Shown piece after piece: positions 26,467 through 37,171 of a stretch of DNA of 64,000 nt. The notes below the pieces were generated by a model. That model did no database searches. It saw nothing but the letters and a program-made list of their open reading frames with translations, and had not been told where the DNA came from. This DNA is from an uncultured delta proteobacterium (lineage in GTDB: Bacteria; Myxococcota_A; UBA9160; UBA4427), in contig CAWGJT010000010.1 in NCBI GenBank assembly GCA_963822965.1, positions 1,056,001-1,120,000 on the forward strand, in the 5' to 3' direction. Each line of letters opens with the position of its first letter. Positions within the stretch are counted from its first letter, which is position 1. The position numbers and the translations under genes were made by a program.

Positions 26467-27744
26467 CTACACGCCGGCGCGCGACGCGCCTCCGCGGGCC
26501 GGGTCGGCGTCGTCGGGCAGCAGCAGCGCGAGGTAGCGGTCGACGGACCGCTCGATCGAGTAGTCGTCCGCGCGGGCGACGGAGACGCGCCGGGTCCGCG
26601 GCGCGTCGAGGGTTCGGGCGATGGCCTCCGCAAGCGCCTCGCCGTCGTCGACCGGCACCAGCTCGCCGTAGCGGCCGCTCGTCGAGGATCTCCCGCGGCC
26701 CGCTCGGACAATCGGTGCTGACCAGCGGACAGCCGCACGCCATCGCCTGGATCAGCACGCCCGGCAGCCCCTCCCAGCGCGAGGACAGGACGAAGACGGA
26801 TGCCCGCGCCATGTAGCGGAACGGGATTCGGGACGAAGCCCGGAAACGCGACGTCGTCCTGCATACCCGCGGCCGCCGCCTGCCGCAGGAGCGTCGGCCT
26901 GGAGCTCGCCCTGCCCCAGGATGACGAGCCGCACCCGGCGCTTCTCGCGCACCCGGGCGAAGGCGTCGATCAGCACGTCGAAGCCCTTCTGCTCCTTGAG
27001 CTTGCCGGCCGCCAGGATCACCGGCACCGCCGGGTCTGCGAACCAGGGGTCTTCCAGGGGCTCGGCGGCCTGCTCGGCGATCTCGGGTCCGACCACGGGG
27101 TTGTAGGTGGTGGTGATGGCCTCCCGGGGAATGCCTGCCGCGCTCGCGAGATCGTCGGCCACGCCGTCGGAGACGGCCGAGATGGCGTCGGCCCAGGGAT
27201 AGAAGGCGCGGGCCAGGGCCGGCAGCTCCTGGTTGCGGCGACGCACCTGGGCGCGGTGCGTCACCGTGTTCCGCTCGCTGACCACGAGACGGGTGGGCAC
27301 GTCCGCCAGGTGCCGCGCCCACAAGGCGGCGATGTTCGAGTAGTTGAGCGCCGAGAGCATGGCGTCGGGACGCTCGCGCTCGAGGTAGCGCACCAGGTCC
27401 GGGATGCAGCCCAGCACCCAGTGCGGAAAGACGCCCCGAAAAGCTGGCGCCAGCTTGCGCGCATTCGCGGGGTCGCGCAGCAGCGCGGGCAGTGCACGCA
27501 GCACGCTGTGGCGGCCCAGCTCGACGATGCGAACGCTCTCGGGCACGTGGTTCACGAAGGCGCCCTTGGCGGTCCCGAGAACGAGATCCACCCGGTGTCC
27601 CCGGGCCGCGAAGCCCCGGGCAAGGCTCACCATCATGCGCTCGGCACCGCCGCCGCCTTCGAGCGAGCGGATGAAGATGGCGAGATGCCGTCCGCCCGCG
27701 GCTACCGCCGTTGCGGCGGGCGCGTCATTCGGCGCGCTCGTCAT
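26467..27744 (-). CDS. Family 4 glycosyltransferase (several apparent frameshifts at 26.6-26.9 kb)
   Basis: [64 protein letters not shown]. Confidence 0.85.
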
Positions 27745-28075
27745 GCGCGGATCACTCTCGGATTCCCCCCGGCGCGGCCGGCGACCCCTGGGAGGGCGCC
27801 TCGGCCGAGCGCCCGCCAGGGTACAGCGCCGGCTCCCGAATGCCCGGCCGCGGGAAGCAGGCCCGGAGGCGCTTGAGGTAGATCCTCGGAACCCGATGAA
27901 AGGCCCTGGATCCCAATGGGGTTTCTGACATTGGTCCGGTCCGTCGCGGGCCCCGGCCCCGGGGCGCGAGCGGCGCTCGTCCGGGCGCTGGGCATATGAC
28001 GTCCGCGATGAGCCGCGGCGCTTCCTGTCGAACAACGTTTCGTTTCTTTCCGCGTGACGATCGTGCGACGAAACG

Positions 28076-29383
28076 GTGACGTCCGCTGCTAACCTGCGCG
28101 CGCCGCGGGAGGGGTCGGTCCTGGAGAGTGCGCTCGCGCAGGTCACGCCGGTCGTCTGGCTGGCCGGAATCCTGGCGCTCTACATGGCGTGGGCCATCGG
28201 CGCCAACGACGTCGCCAATGCGATGGGCACGAGCGTGGGCTCGGGTGCGCTGACGATCCGTCGCGCGATCGTGGTGGCCGCCGTGCTCGAGTTCTCGGGC
28301 GCCTTCTTCGCGGGCGGTCACGTCACCGACACCATCCGCAAGGGCATCCTCAGCTCCGACGTGGCCTTCGCCGACCCCCAGCTGCTGCTGTGCGGCATGC
28401 TGGCCTCGCTGGCCTCCGCCGCGACCCTGCTGCTCGGAGCCACCCGGCTCGGGCTGCCCGTCTCGACCACCCACTCCATCGTCGGCTCCATCGTGGGCTT
28501 CGGCGCCGTCGGTCTCGGGCTCGACGCCGTCGAGTGGGGAAAGGTGGCGCAGATCGTCCTCTCGTGGCTGACGTCGCCGCTCCTGGGCGGCCTGCTGGCC
28601 TTCGGCATCTTCCAGATCATCGCGCGCGGCATTCTCGACCACGAGCGCCCCATCGAGCGGGCACGCCGGCTGGGGCCCTTCTTCTTCGGCTACGTGTTCT
28701 TCGTGATCGGCCTGGTCACGCTCTTCAAGGGCCTGAAGAACCTGAACCTCCACTTCGACCTGCCCCAGGCGATGATGATGTCGGCGGGGCTCGGTCTGCT
28801 GGGATTCGGCCTCGGCCACCTCTTCCTCCGGCGCGTCCCATCGGGTCCCGAGGACGAGCAGTTCCACTATCGCAACGTCGAGCGGATCTTCGTGGTGCTC
28901 CAGATCCTGACGGCGTGCGCGGTGGCCTTCGCGCACGGCTCGAACGACGTCGCCAACGCCATCGGCCCGCTGGCCGCCATCGTGAGCCTCGCCCAGGGCG
29001 CGGCGGTCGGCGGAAAGGCACCCGTGCAGGCGTGGATGCTGGCGGTGGGCGGCGTCGGAATCGTGGTCGGTCTCGCCACCTGGGGCTACCGCATCATGGA
29101 GACCGTGGGCAAGCGCATCACCGAGCTGACTCCCAGCCGGGGCTTCGCCGCGGAGCTGGCTGCCGCCACCACCATCGTGCTCGCCTCCCGCGCCGGAATC
29201 CCCGTCTCCACCACCCACATCCTGGTGGGGTCGGTCCTGGGCGTCGGGCTGGCTCGGGGCATCGCCGCCCTCGACCTGCGCGTGGTCGGCAACATCGTGA
29301 TCTCGTGGCTGGCGACATTGCCCGTCGCTGCGGCACTCTCGATCTTTTTCTTCTACTTCTTCAAGGGGCTGCTCGGCCCGTGA
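28076..29383 (+). CDS. pit: PiT family inorganic phosphate transporter; start uncertain
   Basis: GANDVANAMGT, PVSTTHS, AHGSNDVANA. Confidence 0.93.
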   Translation: MTSAANLRAPREGSVLESALAQVTPVVWLAGILALYMAWAIGANDVANAMGTSVGSGALTIRRAIVVAAVLEFSGAFFAGGHVTDTIRKGILSSDVAFADPQLLLCGMLASLASAATLLLGATRLGLPVSTTHSIVGSIVGFGAVGLGLDAVEWGKVAQIVLSWLTSPLLGGLLAFGIFQIIARGILDHERPIERARRLGPFFFGYVFFVIGLVTLFKGLKNLNLHFDLPQAMMMSAGLGLLGFGLGHLFLRRVPSGPEDEQFHYRNVERIFVVLQILTACAVAFAHGSNDVANAIGPLAAIVSLAQGAAVGGKAPVQAWMLAVGGVGIVVGLATWGYRIMETVGKRITELTPSRGFAAELAAATTIVLASRAGIPVSTTHILVGSVLGVGLARGIAALDLRVVGNIVISWLATLPVAAALSIFFFYFFKGLLGP

Positions 29384-29405
29384 GGGCGCCCGGGAGACAG
29401 CGCGC

Positions 29406-30074
29406 ATGTCCTTGATCGCCGATCTGTTCGGGCGCTCACCGATCCGGCCGATGCAACGCCACATGAAGGCGGCGGTGAGCTGCGCGCGCGAGGTGCTGCC
29501 CCTGGTCGAGGCCATGGCCGCGGGCGACGTGGCGGCCATCACCGCGTGCCGGGCGCGCATCGATCGCCTCGAGCACGACGCCGACGAGATCAAGAACGAG
29601 ATCCGCAGCCACCTGCCCAAGCGTCTTTTCATGGCCGTGGAGCGGCGTGACATGCTGGAGATCCTCGACTACCAGGACTCCATCGCCGACACCGCGCAGG
29701 ACGTGGCCGAGCTCGCCGATCTCCGCGGCATGACCCTGTCCCCCGACCTGGCGGAGCCGGTGCTCGAGCTGGTGCGCCGGGTGGTGAGCGCCTGCGAGCA
29801 GGCCGAGCGCATCGTGAACGAGCTGGACGAGCTGGTCGAGACGGGCTTCCACGGACGCGAGGTCAGTCGGGTCGAGGAGATGATCGACGAGCTCGGCCGC
29901 ATCGAGAGCGACACGGACGAGCTGGCCGATCGCGCCGTGCGCAAGCTCTTCGCGCGCGAGGCCGAGCTCGGTGTGGCGACCATCTTCCTCTACGACTGGG
30001 TGGGCTGGATCGGCGACATGGCCGACTACGCCGAGCGCGTGGGCAACCGCCTGCGGCTGCTGATCGCCCGCTGA
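29406..30074 (+). CDS. DUF47/TIGR00153 phosphate transport regulator
   Basis: FGRSPI.PMQ.HM, LEHDAD.IK..IR..LPK.LFM, QDSIAD..QD; adjacent to pit. Confidence 0.9.
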   Translation: MSLIADLFGRSPIRPMQRHMKAAVSCAREVLPLVEAMAAGDVAAITACRARIDRLEHDADEIKNEIRSHLPKRLFMAVERRDMLEILDYQDSIADTAQDVAELADLRGMTLSPDLAEPVLELVRRVVSACEQAERIVNELDELVETGFHGREVSRVEEMIDELGRIESDTDELADRAVRKLFAREAELGVATIFLYDWVGWIGDMADYAERVGNRLRLLIAR

Positions 30075-30202
30075 TCACCCCGCCGCGGCGCGCGCCCGGA
30101 CGGTCAGGCCCCCCTCGGCAGACTCGACCACCACGGTCGCCACCCGGCGCGGTGCCGCGAACCGGAGCTACCCTCGGGCTTCCACGTCATCGAGGAGCCG
30201 CC

Positions 30203-30826
30203 ATGATCCAGGTCCACCACCTCAACAACTCGCGCTCCCAGCGCGTCCTCTGGCTGCTCGAGGAGCTGGGGCTCGACTACGAGATCGTGAAGCACCAGCG
30301 CGACCCCGAGACCAATCTCGCGCCCGAATCGCTGCAGGCGGTCCACCCGCTGGGGAAGGCGCCGGTCCTCGTGGACGGCGACGACGTGGTGATCGAGTCG
30401 GGCGCCATCCTGGAGTACCTGGTGCGAAAGTACGGGAACGGCAGGCTGCGGCCCGCCGACGGCACTCCCGACGCGCTGCGATACCTGCAGCTCATGCACT
30501 ACGCCGAGGGCTCGGCCATGCTGCCCCTGATGCTGTCGCTCTACACCGGGCGGCTGGGCGAGGCGGGTGCGCCGCTCCAGCCGCGCATCCGCAGCGAGAT
30601 CGCGCGACACTTCGGCTACCTGGAGGGCCTGCTGGAGGGCCGCGACTGGTTCGTCGGCGACGACATCACGGCGGCCGACGTGCAGCTCTCGTTCGCCATC
30701 CAGGCCGCACGCGCGCTTCACGGCCTGGATTCGTTCCCGAGCCTCGGGCGCTTCCTGGACCGCGTCCAGCAGCGCCCCGCCTACCAGAAGGCCATCCAGC
30801 GCGGCGGCGCCTATGCGTTCGGATAG
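30203..30826 (+). CDS. Glutathione S-transferase
   Basis: VHHLNNSRSQRVLWLLEEL, HPLGKAP, IESGAILEYL, HYAEGSAM. Confidence 0.93.
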   Translation: MIQVHHLNNSRSQRVLWLLEELGLDYEIVKHQRDPETNLAPESLQAVHPLGKAPVLVDGDDVVIESGAILEYLVRKYGNGRLRPADGTPDALRYLQLMHYAEGSAMLPLMLSLYTGRLGEAGAPLQPRIRSEIARHFGYLEGLLEGRDWFVGDDITAADVQLSFAIQAARALHGLDSFPSLGRFLDRVQQRPAYQKAIQRGGAYAFG

Positions 30827-30862
30827 GCGCTTCGGATGCCGCCCCGCACGCGCGCTCGCGCG

Positions 30863-31768
30863 ATGAGCCGCGGTCCGCTCGACTCCCTCGACCACGTGAT
30901 CCTGGCCGTCCGCGACCTGGACGCGGCGGAGAAGGTCTACGCCCGGCTGCTCGGTCGCGCACCTTCCTGGCGGGGCGAGCACCCGGGGAGCGGCACCCAG
31001 AACGCGCTCTTCCGCCTGGACAACACGTACCTCGAGCTGCTGTCTCCCAGCGGCTCCGGCCCCGTGGGCGAAGCCGTCGCCGCCTGGCTCGATGCGCGCG
31101 GCGAGGGGCTCCTGGGCCTGGCCTTCGGCACCGGCGATGCGGACGCGTGCCGGCGCTTCTTCGCGGACCGCAGCCTCGCGCCGGGCGCGATCGAGAAGGG
31201 CATGGGACGCGACGACCCGTCGGGCGCCTTCCGCACCTGGCGGCGGGTGCCGCTCCCGCTCGCGTCCACCCGGGGCGTGCTGCTCTTCGCCATCGAGCAC
31301 ACGGCACCGGACGAGATCCTGACGCCCTCCCCCGCTCTCGCCGCCCCGAGCGCCTGCGTCTACGCCCTCGACCACGCGGTGGTGCGGACGCCGGACGGCG
31401 ACGGCGCGCGTCGGCTCTACGAGGACGCGCTGGGGCTGCGTCTCTCTCTGGACCGCCGCTTCCCCGAGTGGGACACCCGCCTGCTCTTCTTCCGCGCGGG
31501 ACGCGTGACGGTCGAGGTCGCCGCGCCGCTGGATGCGAAGGCGGAGGCAGAGGCGCGGGACACGCTGTGGGGCCTGTCGTTCCGGGTGCCGGACGCAGAC
31601 GCCGCGCGCGCACGCCTGGCAGCTGCCGGGGTGGACGTTTCGCCCGTGCGTGCGGGACGCCGCCCCGACACGCGCGTCTTCAGCGTGAAGGACGGCACCT
31701 GCGGCGTCCCCACTCTGATGCTCGAGCCCGAGCCCGCGCGCGCCCGCGAAGCCGGAGCCCGCGACTGA
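30863..31768 (+). CDS. VOC/glyoxalase-like protein (two domains)
   Basis: LDHVILAVRDLD...GEHPGSGTQN...YLEL; second domain LDHAVV...GTCGVPTL. Confidence 0.85.
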   Translation: MSRGPLDSLDHVILAVRDLDAAEKVYARLLGRAPSWRGEHPGSGTQNALFRLDNTYLELLSPSGSGPVGEAVAAWLDARGEGLLGLAFGTGDADACRRFFADRSLAPGAIEKGMGRDDPSGAFRTWRRVPLPLASTRGVLLFAIEHTAPDEILTPSPALAAPSACVYALDHAVVRTPDGDGARRLYEDALGLRLSLDRRFPEWDTRLLFFRAGRVTVEVAAPLDAKAEAEARDTLWGLSFRVPDADAARARLAAAGVDVSPVRAGRRPDTRVFSVKDGTCGVPTLMLEPEPARAREAGARD

Positions 31769-32136
31769 CCGGTACGGTCCGGTGGGAAGCCCGAGAACGA
31801 GCCCGTCGCTGCGACCGCGGTTGGCGCAACCAGCGATACCGGCTACCCTCGCCGCCACGAGAGCGCATCTTTCGGGCCGGGCCCTACAGCGTCTTCCGCC
31901 TGCCCGTTCTCCCCCCAAGTGAATACGCCTTCGCATCGGGTCCATCGGGGCTCGATGAAGAGATCGCCTCTGCGCGCCATCGGGTGTTCCGAGCGTGCGC
32001 TGCCGATCGCCAGGCCTCCGTCGGACTCCCGTCCGGATCGGGGGCGGAACAGGAATACGGCGCGAGCACCCGCCCCGGTCTGCCTGCCTCGACGTACGCA
32101 ACCATCTTGTCCGATTCCCGCCCGACGCCGTCCCGC

Positions 32137-33162
32137 ATGCACGCGCCGGCCTGCCACGACGACGCGACCCTGGAAGGGAAACGCTGGGGGCGCCTCCTCG
32201 CGCGCTACTGCGACCCCGACCCGAAGCGCAGCGTCTTCGAGGTGGCGGTCACCGCGGCGCCGTTCGCGCTGCTGTGGGCGGCCCTGCTCGTCTGCATGCA
32301 GCGGGGCGCCTGGCTCGGCCTGGCCCTGGCCGTCCCCGCGGCGGCCCTGCTCGTGCGCCTCTTCATGATCCAGCATGACTGCGGACATGGCTCGTTCTTC
32401 CGGCGTCGCCGCAGCAACGACGCGCTGGGCCGCGTCCTGGGCGTGCTCACCTTCACGCCCTACGACTACTGGCGCCGCACCCATGCCGTGCACCACGCGA
32501 CCACCGGCAATCTCGACCGTCGCGGCACCGGCGACGTCACGCTACTGACCGTCGCGGAGTATCGGGCGCTGCCGCGCTGGCGGCGTGTGGGCTACCGCCT
32601 GATCCGGCACCCGCTGGTGCTGCTCGGCCTGGGGCCCGTCTACCTGTTCGTGCTCAAGTACCGCCTGCCCGTCGGCCTCATGCAGCACGGCAAGGGTCCG
32701 TGGATCAGCACCATGGCCACGAATCTCGCCATCGCCGGCCTGTTCCTGGGGCTGGGGAGCACCCTGGGCTTCGGCGCCCTGCTGCTCACGCAGCTCCCCG
32801 TCACCCTGCTGGCCGGCGCCATCGGCGTCTGGCTCTTCTACGTCCAGCACCAGTTCGAGGACACCTACTGGGCGCGGGACGACGAATGGGGCTTCCACGC
32901 GGGCGCCCTGCTCGGCAGCACCTACTACGAGCTGCCCCGCCCGCTGCGTTGGCTGACCGCCGACATCGGCATCCACCACGTCCACCACCTGGCGAGCCGG
33001 ATCCCGAGCTATCGATTGCGCGAGACCCTGGCCGACCACCCCGAGCTGCGCGCGGTCGGCCGCGTCACCCTGCGCGAGAGCCTGCACTGCTTCCGGCTCG
33101 CGCTGTGGGACGACGACGCGAAGCGCCTCGTGGGCTTCGCCGACCTGCGCACCTCCGCCTGA
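32137..33162 (+). CDS. Membrane fatty acid desaturase
   Basis: His boxes HDCGH, HAVHH, HHVHH; FYVQHQFE. Confidence 0.93.
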   Translation: MHAPACHDDATLEGKRWGRLLARYCDPDPKRSVFEVAVTAAPFALLWAALLVCMQRGAWLGLALAVPAAALLVRLFMIQHDCGHGSFFRRRRSNDALGRVLGVLTFTPYDYWRRTHAVHHATTGNLDRRGTGDVTLLTVAEYRALPRWRRVGYRLIRHPLVLLGLGPVYLFVLKYRLPVGLMQHGKGPWISTMATNLAIAGLFLGLGSTLGFGALLLTQLPVTLLAGAIGVWLFYVQHQFEDTYWARDDEWGFHAGALLGSTYYELPRPLRWLTADIGIHHVHHLASRIPSYRLRETLADHPELRAVGRVTLRESLHCFRLALWDDDAKRLVGFADLRTSA

Positions 33163-33176
33163 GCCCAACGCGTCGA

Positions 33177-34520
33177 TCAGGTGGCCGCGCTGCGACCCGA
33201 CGGCTCGAGGGTGCGGGCGATATCCCGCGCGAGCTGCAGTGCCTCGCTCTCCTCGAGGGTGGCGATGCAGACGCGGATCCCCGGTCCGGACTCCAGGCGG
33301 AAGCGCTCGCCGGCGTTCACCGCCCAGCCCGCCTCGAGGAGCGCCTGCACCGGGCGAACCTCCTCGGCCACGGGGATCCACACGCACAGCCCCGAGCGTC
33401 CGTGCGCCTCGAGGCCGTGCTCGTCGAGCGCCCGCAGCAGGGCCTCACGCCGTGCCGTGTAGGTGCGGGCCGCCGCGCGCAGCCCGGCCTGGACGCTGCG
33501 GTCCTTCCAGAGGACCAGCGCGAGTCGCTGGAGCACGTGGCTCACCCACCGGATCCCGAGGCGCTGCCGCCCTTCGACCCTCGCCATCGTCTCGTCGTCG
33601 CCGGCGACGGTGGCCACGCGCAGGTCGGGCCCCAGGGACTTCGAGAACGAGCGCACGACGGCCCAGGGGTGTCGGACGCCCGGACGTACGAGCGTCCGGA
33701 CGGGCGCACCCGCCACGATGCCCGCGTGATCGTCCTCGCACAGGAGGACGTCGGGGTGATCGTCGAGCACCGCTGCGAGCGTGTCCGCGCGTTCGACGGT
33801 GAGCGCCGAGCCGAACGGGTTCTGCGCGCGGGGCGTCACGACGAGCGCCGCGGCACCGCGCTCGAGGGCCCGGGCCAGGGCCGCCGGGCGGGGGCCCTCG
33901 TCGTCGATCTCCACCGGCACCGCCGCCAGGCCGAGCGCCGCCAGCAGGTCGCGGACGCCGACGAACGCGGGATCCTCCACCGCCACGCGGTCGCCGGGCC
34001 GCAGCCGGGCCTGCAGCACGCGCTCGAGCCCGTCGAGGGCGCCGCTCGTCACGCTCACCCGGTCGGCGGGAATTCCGTCGGCCCGAAAGCGTTCCACGGC
34101 GCGCCGGCCGAGCTCCGGTTCGATCAGCGCGTCTCCGTAGAGGACGCGGCTCGTGTCGATCCGAGCGAGTGCGGGGGCCAGGTCCGGCAGCAGCGCGGGG
34201 TCGGGATTGCCGTCGGCGAGGTTGCGGACGCCGGGGGGCAACGGCGCGTCGCCCCCCGCGTAGATCGGGGGTCGCGGACAGACGCGGGTGCCCCGGCGTC
34301 CCTGGGTGCTCACGAGGCCCCGGGCCCGCAGCTCCTTGAAGGCGGCCGCCACCGTCGTGGGGCTCAGGCGCAAATCCTGCGCCAAGCTGCGCACCGTGGG
34401 AAGGTCGTCGCCGGGACGCAGGCGGCCCTCGCGGATGGCGGCCTCGACGCTGCTCGCGATCTCCAGCGCGGTGGCGCCGCCGATCCCCGAACGGGGCCGG
34501 GGGCGGGAAGCGGCAGGCAT
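33177..34520 (-). CDS. MocR/GntR PLP-dependent transcriptional regulator (PtsJ-like)
   Basis: wHTH LPTVRSLA; GNPDPALLP, TPRAQNP, EDDH, RSFSKSLGPDLR. Confidence 0.92.
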   Translation of the reverse strand: MPAASRPRPRSGIGGATALEIASSVEAAIREGRLRPGDDLPTVRSLAQDLRLSPTTVAAAFKELRARGLVSTQGRRGTRVCPRPPIYAGGDAPLPPGVRNLADGNPDPALLPDLAPALARIDTSRVLYGDALIEPELGRRAVERFRADGIPADRVSVTSGALDGLERVLQARLRPGDRVAVEDPAFVGVRDLLAALGLAAVPVEIDDEGPRPAALARALERGAAALVVTPRAQNPFGSALTVERADTLAAVLDDHPDVLLCEDDHAGIVAGAPVRTLVRPGVRHPWAVVRSFSKSLGPDLRVATVAGDDETMARVEGRQRLGIRWVSHVLQRLALVLWKDRSVQAGLRAAARTYTARREALLRALDEHGLEAHGRSGLCVWIPVAEEVRPVQALLEAGWAVNAGERFRLESGPGIRVCIATLEESEALQLARDIARTLEPSGRSAAT

Positions 34521-34570
34521 GGAATCTCCAAGGGTGGCCGGCCTTGCCAGCACCCCTCTCGTCTCGTAGT

Positions 34571-34606
34571 TTATGTAGCAGTACGTATACTGTTATGTAC
34601 CAGAAC
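34571..34606. promoter_or_regulatory. Putative MocR operator (direct repeat)
   Basis: TTATGTAGCAGTAC and TTATGTACCAGAAC, 22-bp period, in the AT-rich divergent intergenic region. Confidence 0.6.
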
Positions 34607-34724
34607 AAAATGGAATCGCCAACAGAGCAGCCAAGGCAATCGAACACACGAAAGAGCCGACCGGACCGTACCCGAACGAACGCGTCAGCCCCCGGCCGAT
34701 GCCGGGGGCGCCAGGAGAGCTCCG

Positions 34725-35432
34725 ATGACCGCGACCGCCTCCACTCCGCGAACCCAGGTGAAGCGACAGCCCACCCGAGGCGTCTACGACCGCGCCGTGA
34801 TCGAGCGCATCCTCGATCACGGCTTCGTGTGCCACGTGGGGTTCGTCTTCGAGGGTCAGCCCGTGTGCCTGCCCATGGTCTACGGCCGTCTGGGCGACGC
34901 GATCTACCTCCACGGCTCGCCGGCGAGCCGGCTGCTGCGGGCCCTGCGCGACGGCGCCGAGGCCGCGGTGACGGTCACCCACGTGGACGGGCTCGTCCTG
35001 GCCCGCTCGGCCTTCCATCACTCGCTGAACTACCGCTCGGTGGCGATCTACGGGTGCGCGACCGAGGTCGCGGACGCCAAGGAGAAGCTCCGGGCCCTCG
35101 AGGCCGTGGTAGACCACGCCTTTCCCGGACGCTTCGCGGAGGTCCGCGGTCCGAGCCTGAAGGAGTTCCACCAGACCCTGGTGCTGCGGCTTCCGATCGC
35201 CGAGGCGTCGGCCAAGGTGCGGAGCGGAGGCCCCGTCGACGAGGAGGCAGACCTCGCCCTCGATGTCTGGGCGGGGGTCGTGCCCCTGGCCCTGGCTCCC
35301 GGCGAGCCCATCGCCGATCCGGGCGGGAAGCCCGGCGTAGCGATGCCCGCAATCGCCCGGGACTACCGAAGGCCGCCGGGGACGGACGCCCAGGGCGTCC
35401 TCGAGGCCATGGCCGCGCGTGACGCCGGGTGA
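34725..35432 (+). CDS. Pyridoxamine 5'-phosphate oxidase family flavin-binding protein
   Basis: RGVYDR...ILD...CHVGF, YLHGS.ASR, VDGLVLARSAFHHSLNYRS, WAGVVPL. Confidence 0.9.
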   Translation: MTATASTPRTQVKRQPTRGVYDRAVIERILDHGFVCHVGFVFEGQPVCLPMVYGRLGDAIYLHGSPASRLLRALRDGAEAAVTVTHVDGLVLARSAFHHSLNYRSVAIYGCATEVADAKEKLRALEAVVDHAFPGRFAEVRGPSLKEFHQTLVLRLPIAEASAKVRSGGPVDEEADLALDVWAGVVPLALAPGEPIADPGGKPGVAMPAIARDYRRPPGTDAQGVLEAMAARDAG

Positions 35433-35475
35433 ACGGGGTTCCGACCGGGGCGATCGGAGGAGGCGTCGAAGGAAC

Positions 35476-35552
35476 TGGTCGGGCCGGCGAGATTCGAACT
35501 CGCGACCTCTTGACCCCCAGTCAAGCGCGCTACCAAGCTGCGCCACGGCCCG
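35476..35552 (-). tRNA. tRNA-Pro(GGG)
   Basis: CGGGCCGTGGCGCAGCTTGGTAGCGCGCTTGACT-GGG-GGTCAAGAGGTCGCGAGTTCGAATCTCGCCGGCCCGACCA; full cloverleaf with encoded CCA. Confidence 0.97.
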
Positions 35553-35621
35553 CCGGCCGGAGGGGTAGCCTGCTCTGCGGGATCTGTCGAGGCGGCGCGC
35601 CCGGCGGCGGACCGCCGGTCC

Positions 35622-36614
35622 TCACAGGGCGCTGGGATCCTCGTCCTCGTCGATCAGCACCTCGGGCCCGACGGGCTCCACGTTCGACGGCAGAAGGTCG
35701 ACCGCCTCGGGCCACCCGTCAGGGCCCTCTCCGTCGATCTCGTCCAGGGGCGCGCCCAGCCAGCGCTCGTCCCGCCAGCCGCTTCCCACTCCCTCCGGTG
35801 GCTTGTCGAGGAGCGCGCACGACAGCTCGTGAACGCGCCGCGGGACGCCGCCGGAGAGCCGATGGATCCAGCCGACCGCCTCGTCGTGGAAGCGCGCGCG
35901 TTCCTCCGCCGGAACGCCTGCCTGCTCGAGTCGCGTGTGGACGTAGGCGCGGGTCTCGCGCGGGCTCATGGGCTGCGTGAAGCGGACCTCGTCGATTTCG
36001 GTGTCCAGCGCCACGAGCACGCGTCTCGAGACGGCGTCGTCCCCCGCGGCGATCACGATGCGCAGGCGTCCACCCGACTCGCGCAGCAGCTCGCCCAGGG
36101 CCCGCGCCGTCTCGAGGGGCATCGAGCTCCCGTCGTCCACGAACAGCGCCAGGGTCCGCTCCTCCTCGCCCAGGGCGCGCGCCCGGCGCAGCAGCGTCGC
36201 ACGGGGCTCGTCCGACACGGCGCTCCCCAGCAGGCCCAGGCTCCAGGCGCACAGCTCGTCGAGGTCGAGCGCCGCATAGGCGAGGAAGACGGTCTCGAGC
36301 GCGTCGCCGAGCCGGTCCGCGAGCAGGCGCAGCAGCAGGCTCTTGCCCAGACCGGGTGGTGCCGTGAGGGCGGTGATTCCACCCGCGCGGAAGGCCTGCT
36401 CGAGGGCGCGGAGCGCCTCTTCCGTGGCATCGCGCGGCACGTATTCGGCCGGATTCGCGGTCTCGCCGAACGGCGCGGGCCCCCGTGCGGGAAGCACGCC
36501 GCCCACTTCCGTCGCCTGGCCCTCGTCCGCTTGACCCTCGTCGCCCGGCAAGTCTACCCTCGCGCCTCCGACCGTCCCTCGCGAACTCTTCGGGAGGTTC
36601 CCCTGCCCACTCAA
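35622..36614 (-). CDS. ExeA/GspA-like AAA ATPase
   Basis: PFGET.NP..Y, Walker A APPGLGKS, Walker B LFVDDG, ETRAYVHTRL, SGGVPRRV. Confidence 0.82.
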   Translation of the reverse strand: MSGQGNLPKSSRGTVGGARVDLPGDEGQADEGQATEVGGVLPARGPAPFGETANPAEYVPRDATEEALRALEQAFRAGGITALTAPPGLGKSLLLRLLADRLGDALETVFLAYAALDLDELCAWSLGLLGSAVSDEPRATLLRRARALGEEERTLALFVDDGSSMPLETARALGELLRESGGRLRIVIAAGDDAVSRRVLVALDTEIDEVRFTQPMSPRETRAYVHTRLEQAGVPAEERARFHDEAVGWIHRLSGGVPRRVHELSCALLDKPPEGVGSGWRDERWLGAPLDEIDGEGPDGWPEAVDLLPSNVEPVGPEVLIDEDEDPSAL

Positions 36615-36700
36615 GCGCCGTCTCGAGCTCCGCGCCAGCGCCGGAGGCAGCCCCCGAAGGCTCGCCCCAGCGTAGGCGAAGACGTAGAGCCAGCCCCGCC

Positions 36701-37171
36701 GTGCCCATCGAGCGAATCGAGGCGCGCGTGCGCACGGGCGCGGCCCTGATGGCGGCCTCGGACGACCCGCTCTTCCTGCGCCTGCAGGGTCCGCAGGGGC
36801 GCGAGTTCCGCCTGGAGATGGCCCGGGGCAGGTCCCTGCGGCGCGCCACCACGGACGTCTTCGTCCTGGGGCCGCCCGGCGCCGCCGACACCAACGTCGC
36901 CCATCCCGAGCTGAACGACCCCACCCACCCGGCCATCGACCTCGCCGGCATCGAGGGCGTGCAGCTCGCCAAGGGTCTCGACCCGGTGCCCAACGTTCGC
37001 GGGATCGGCGAAATGGACGACCGCCTGCTCATCGAGAGCGCCGAGGTCGTGCTCCTCGGCGCCGATGGACGGACCGCGCGTTTCCGGCGCGAGGGGCCCA
37101 TCTGGCTCGGACTGGTGTGCGGGCTCGCGTTGAGCCTTCCCCGTGCGGAGGCGGGAGACCCGACGCCGTGA
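36701..37171 (+). CDS. Hypothetical protein, PLAT/LH2-like pattern
   Basis: RVRTG...AASDDPLFLRLQGPQG...LRRATTDVF recalls the PLAT pattern; recognised by eye only. Confidence 0.6.
   Translation: MPIERIEARVRTGAALMAASDDPLFLRLQGPQGREFRLEMARGRSLRRATTDVFVLGPPGAADTNVAHPELNDPTHPAIDLAGIEGVQLAKGLDPVPNVRGIGEMDDRLLIESAEVVLLGADGRTARFRREGPIWLGLVCGLALSLPRAEAGDPTP

Noticed and set aside
27900..28075. Pho box upstream of pit
   Set aside because: Only a short inverted repeat (CGTTTCGT/ACGAAACG); no convincing 11-bp-period direct repeats.
30000..35552. Genomic island integrated at tRNA-Pro
   Set aside because: No integrase, no visible duplicate of the tRNA 3' end, and no evident compositional shift.
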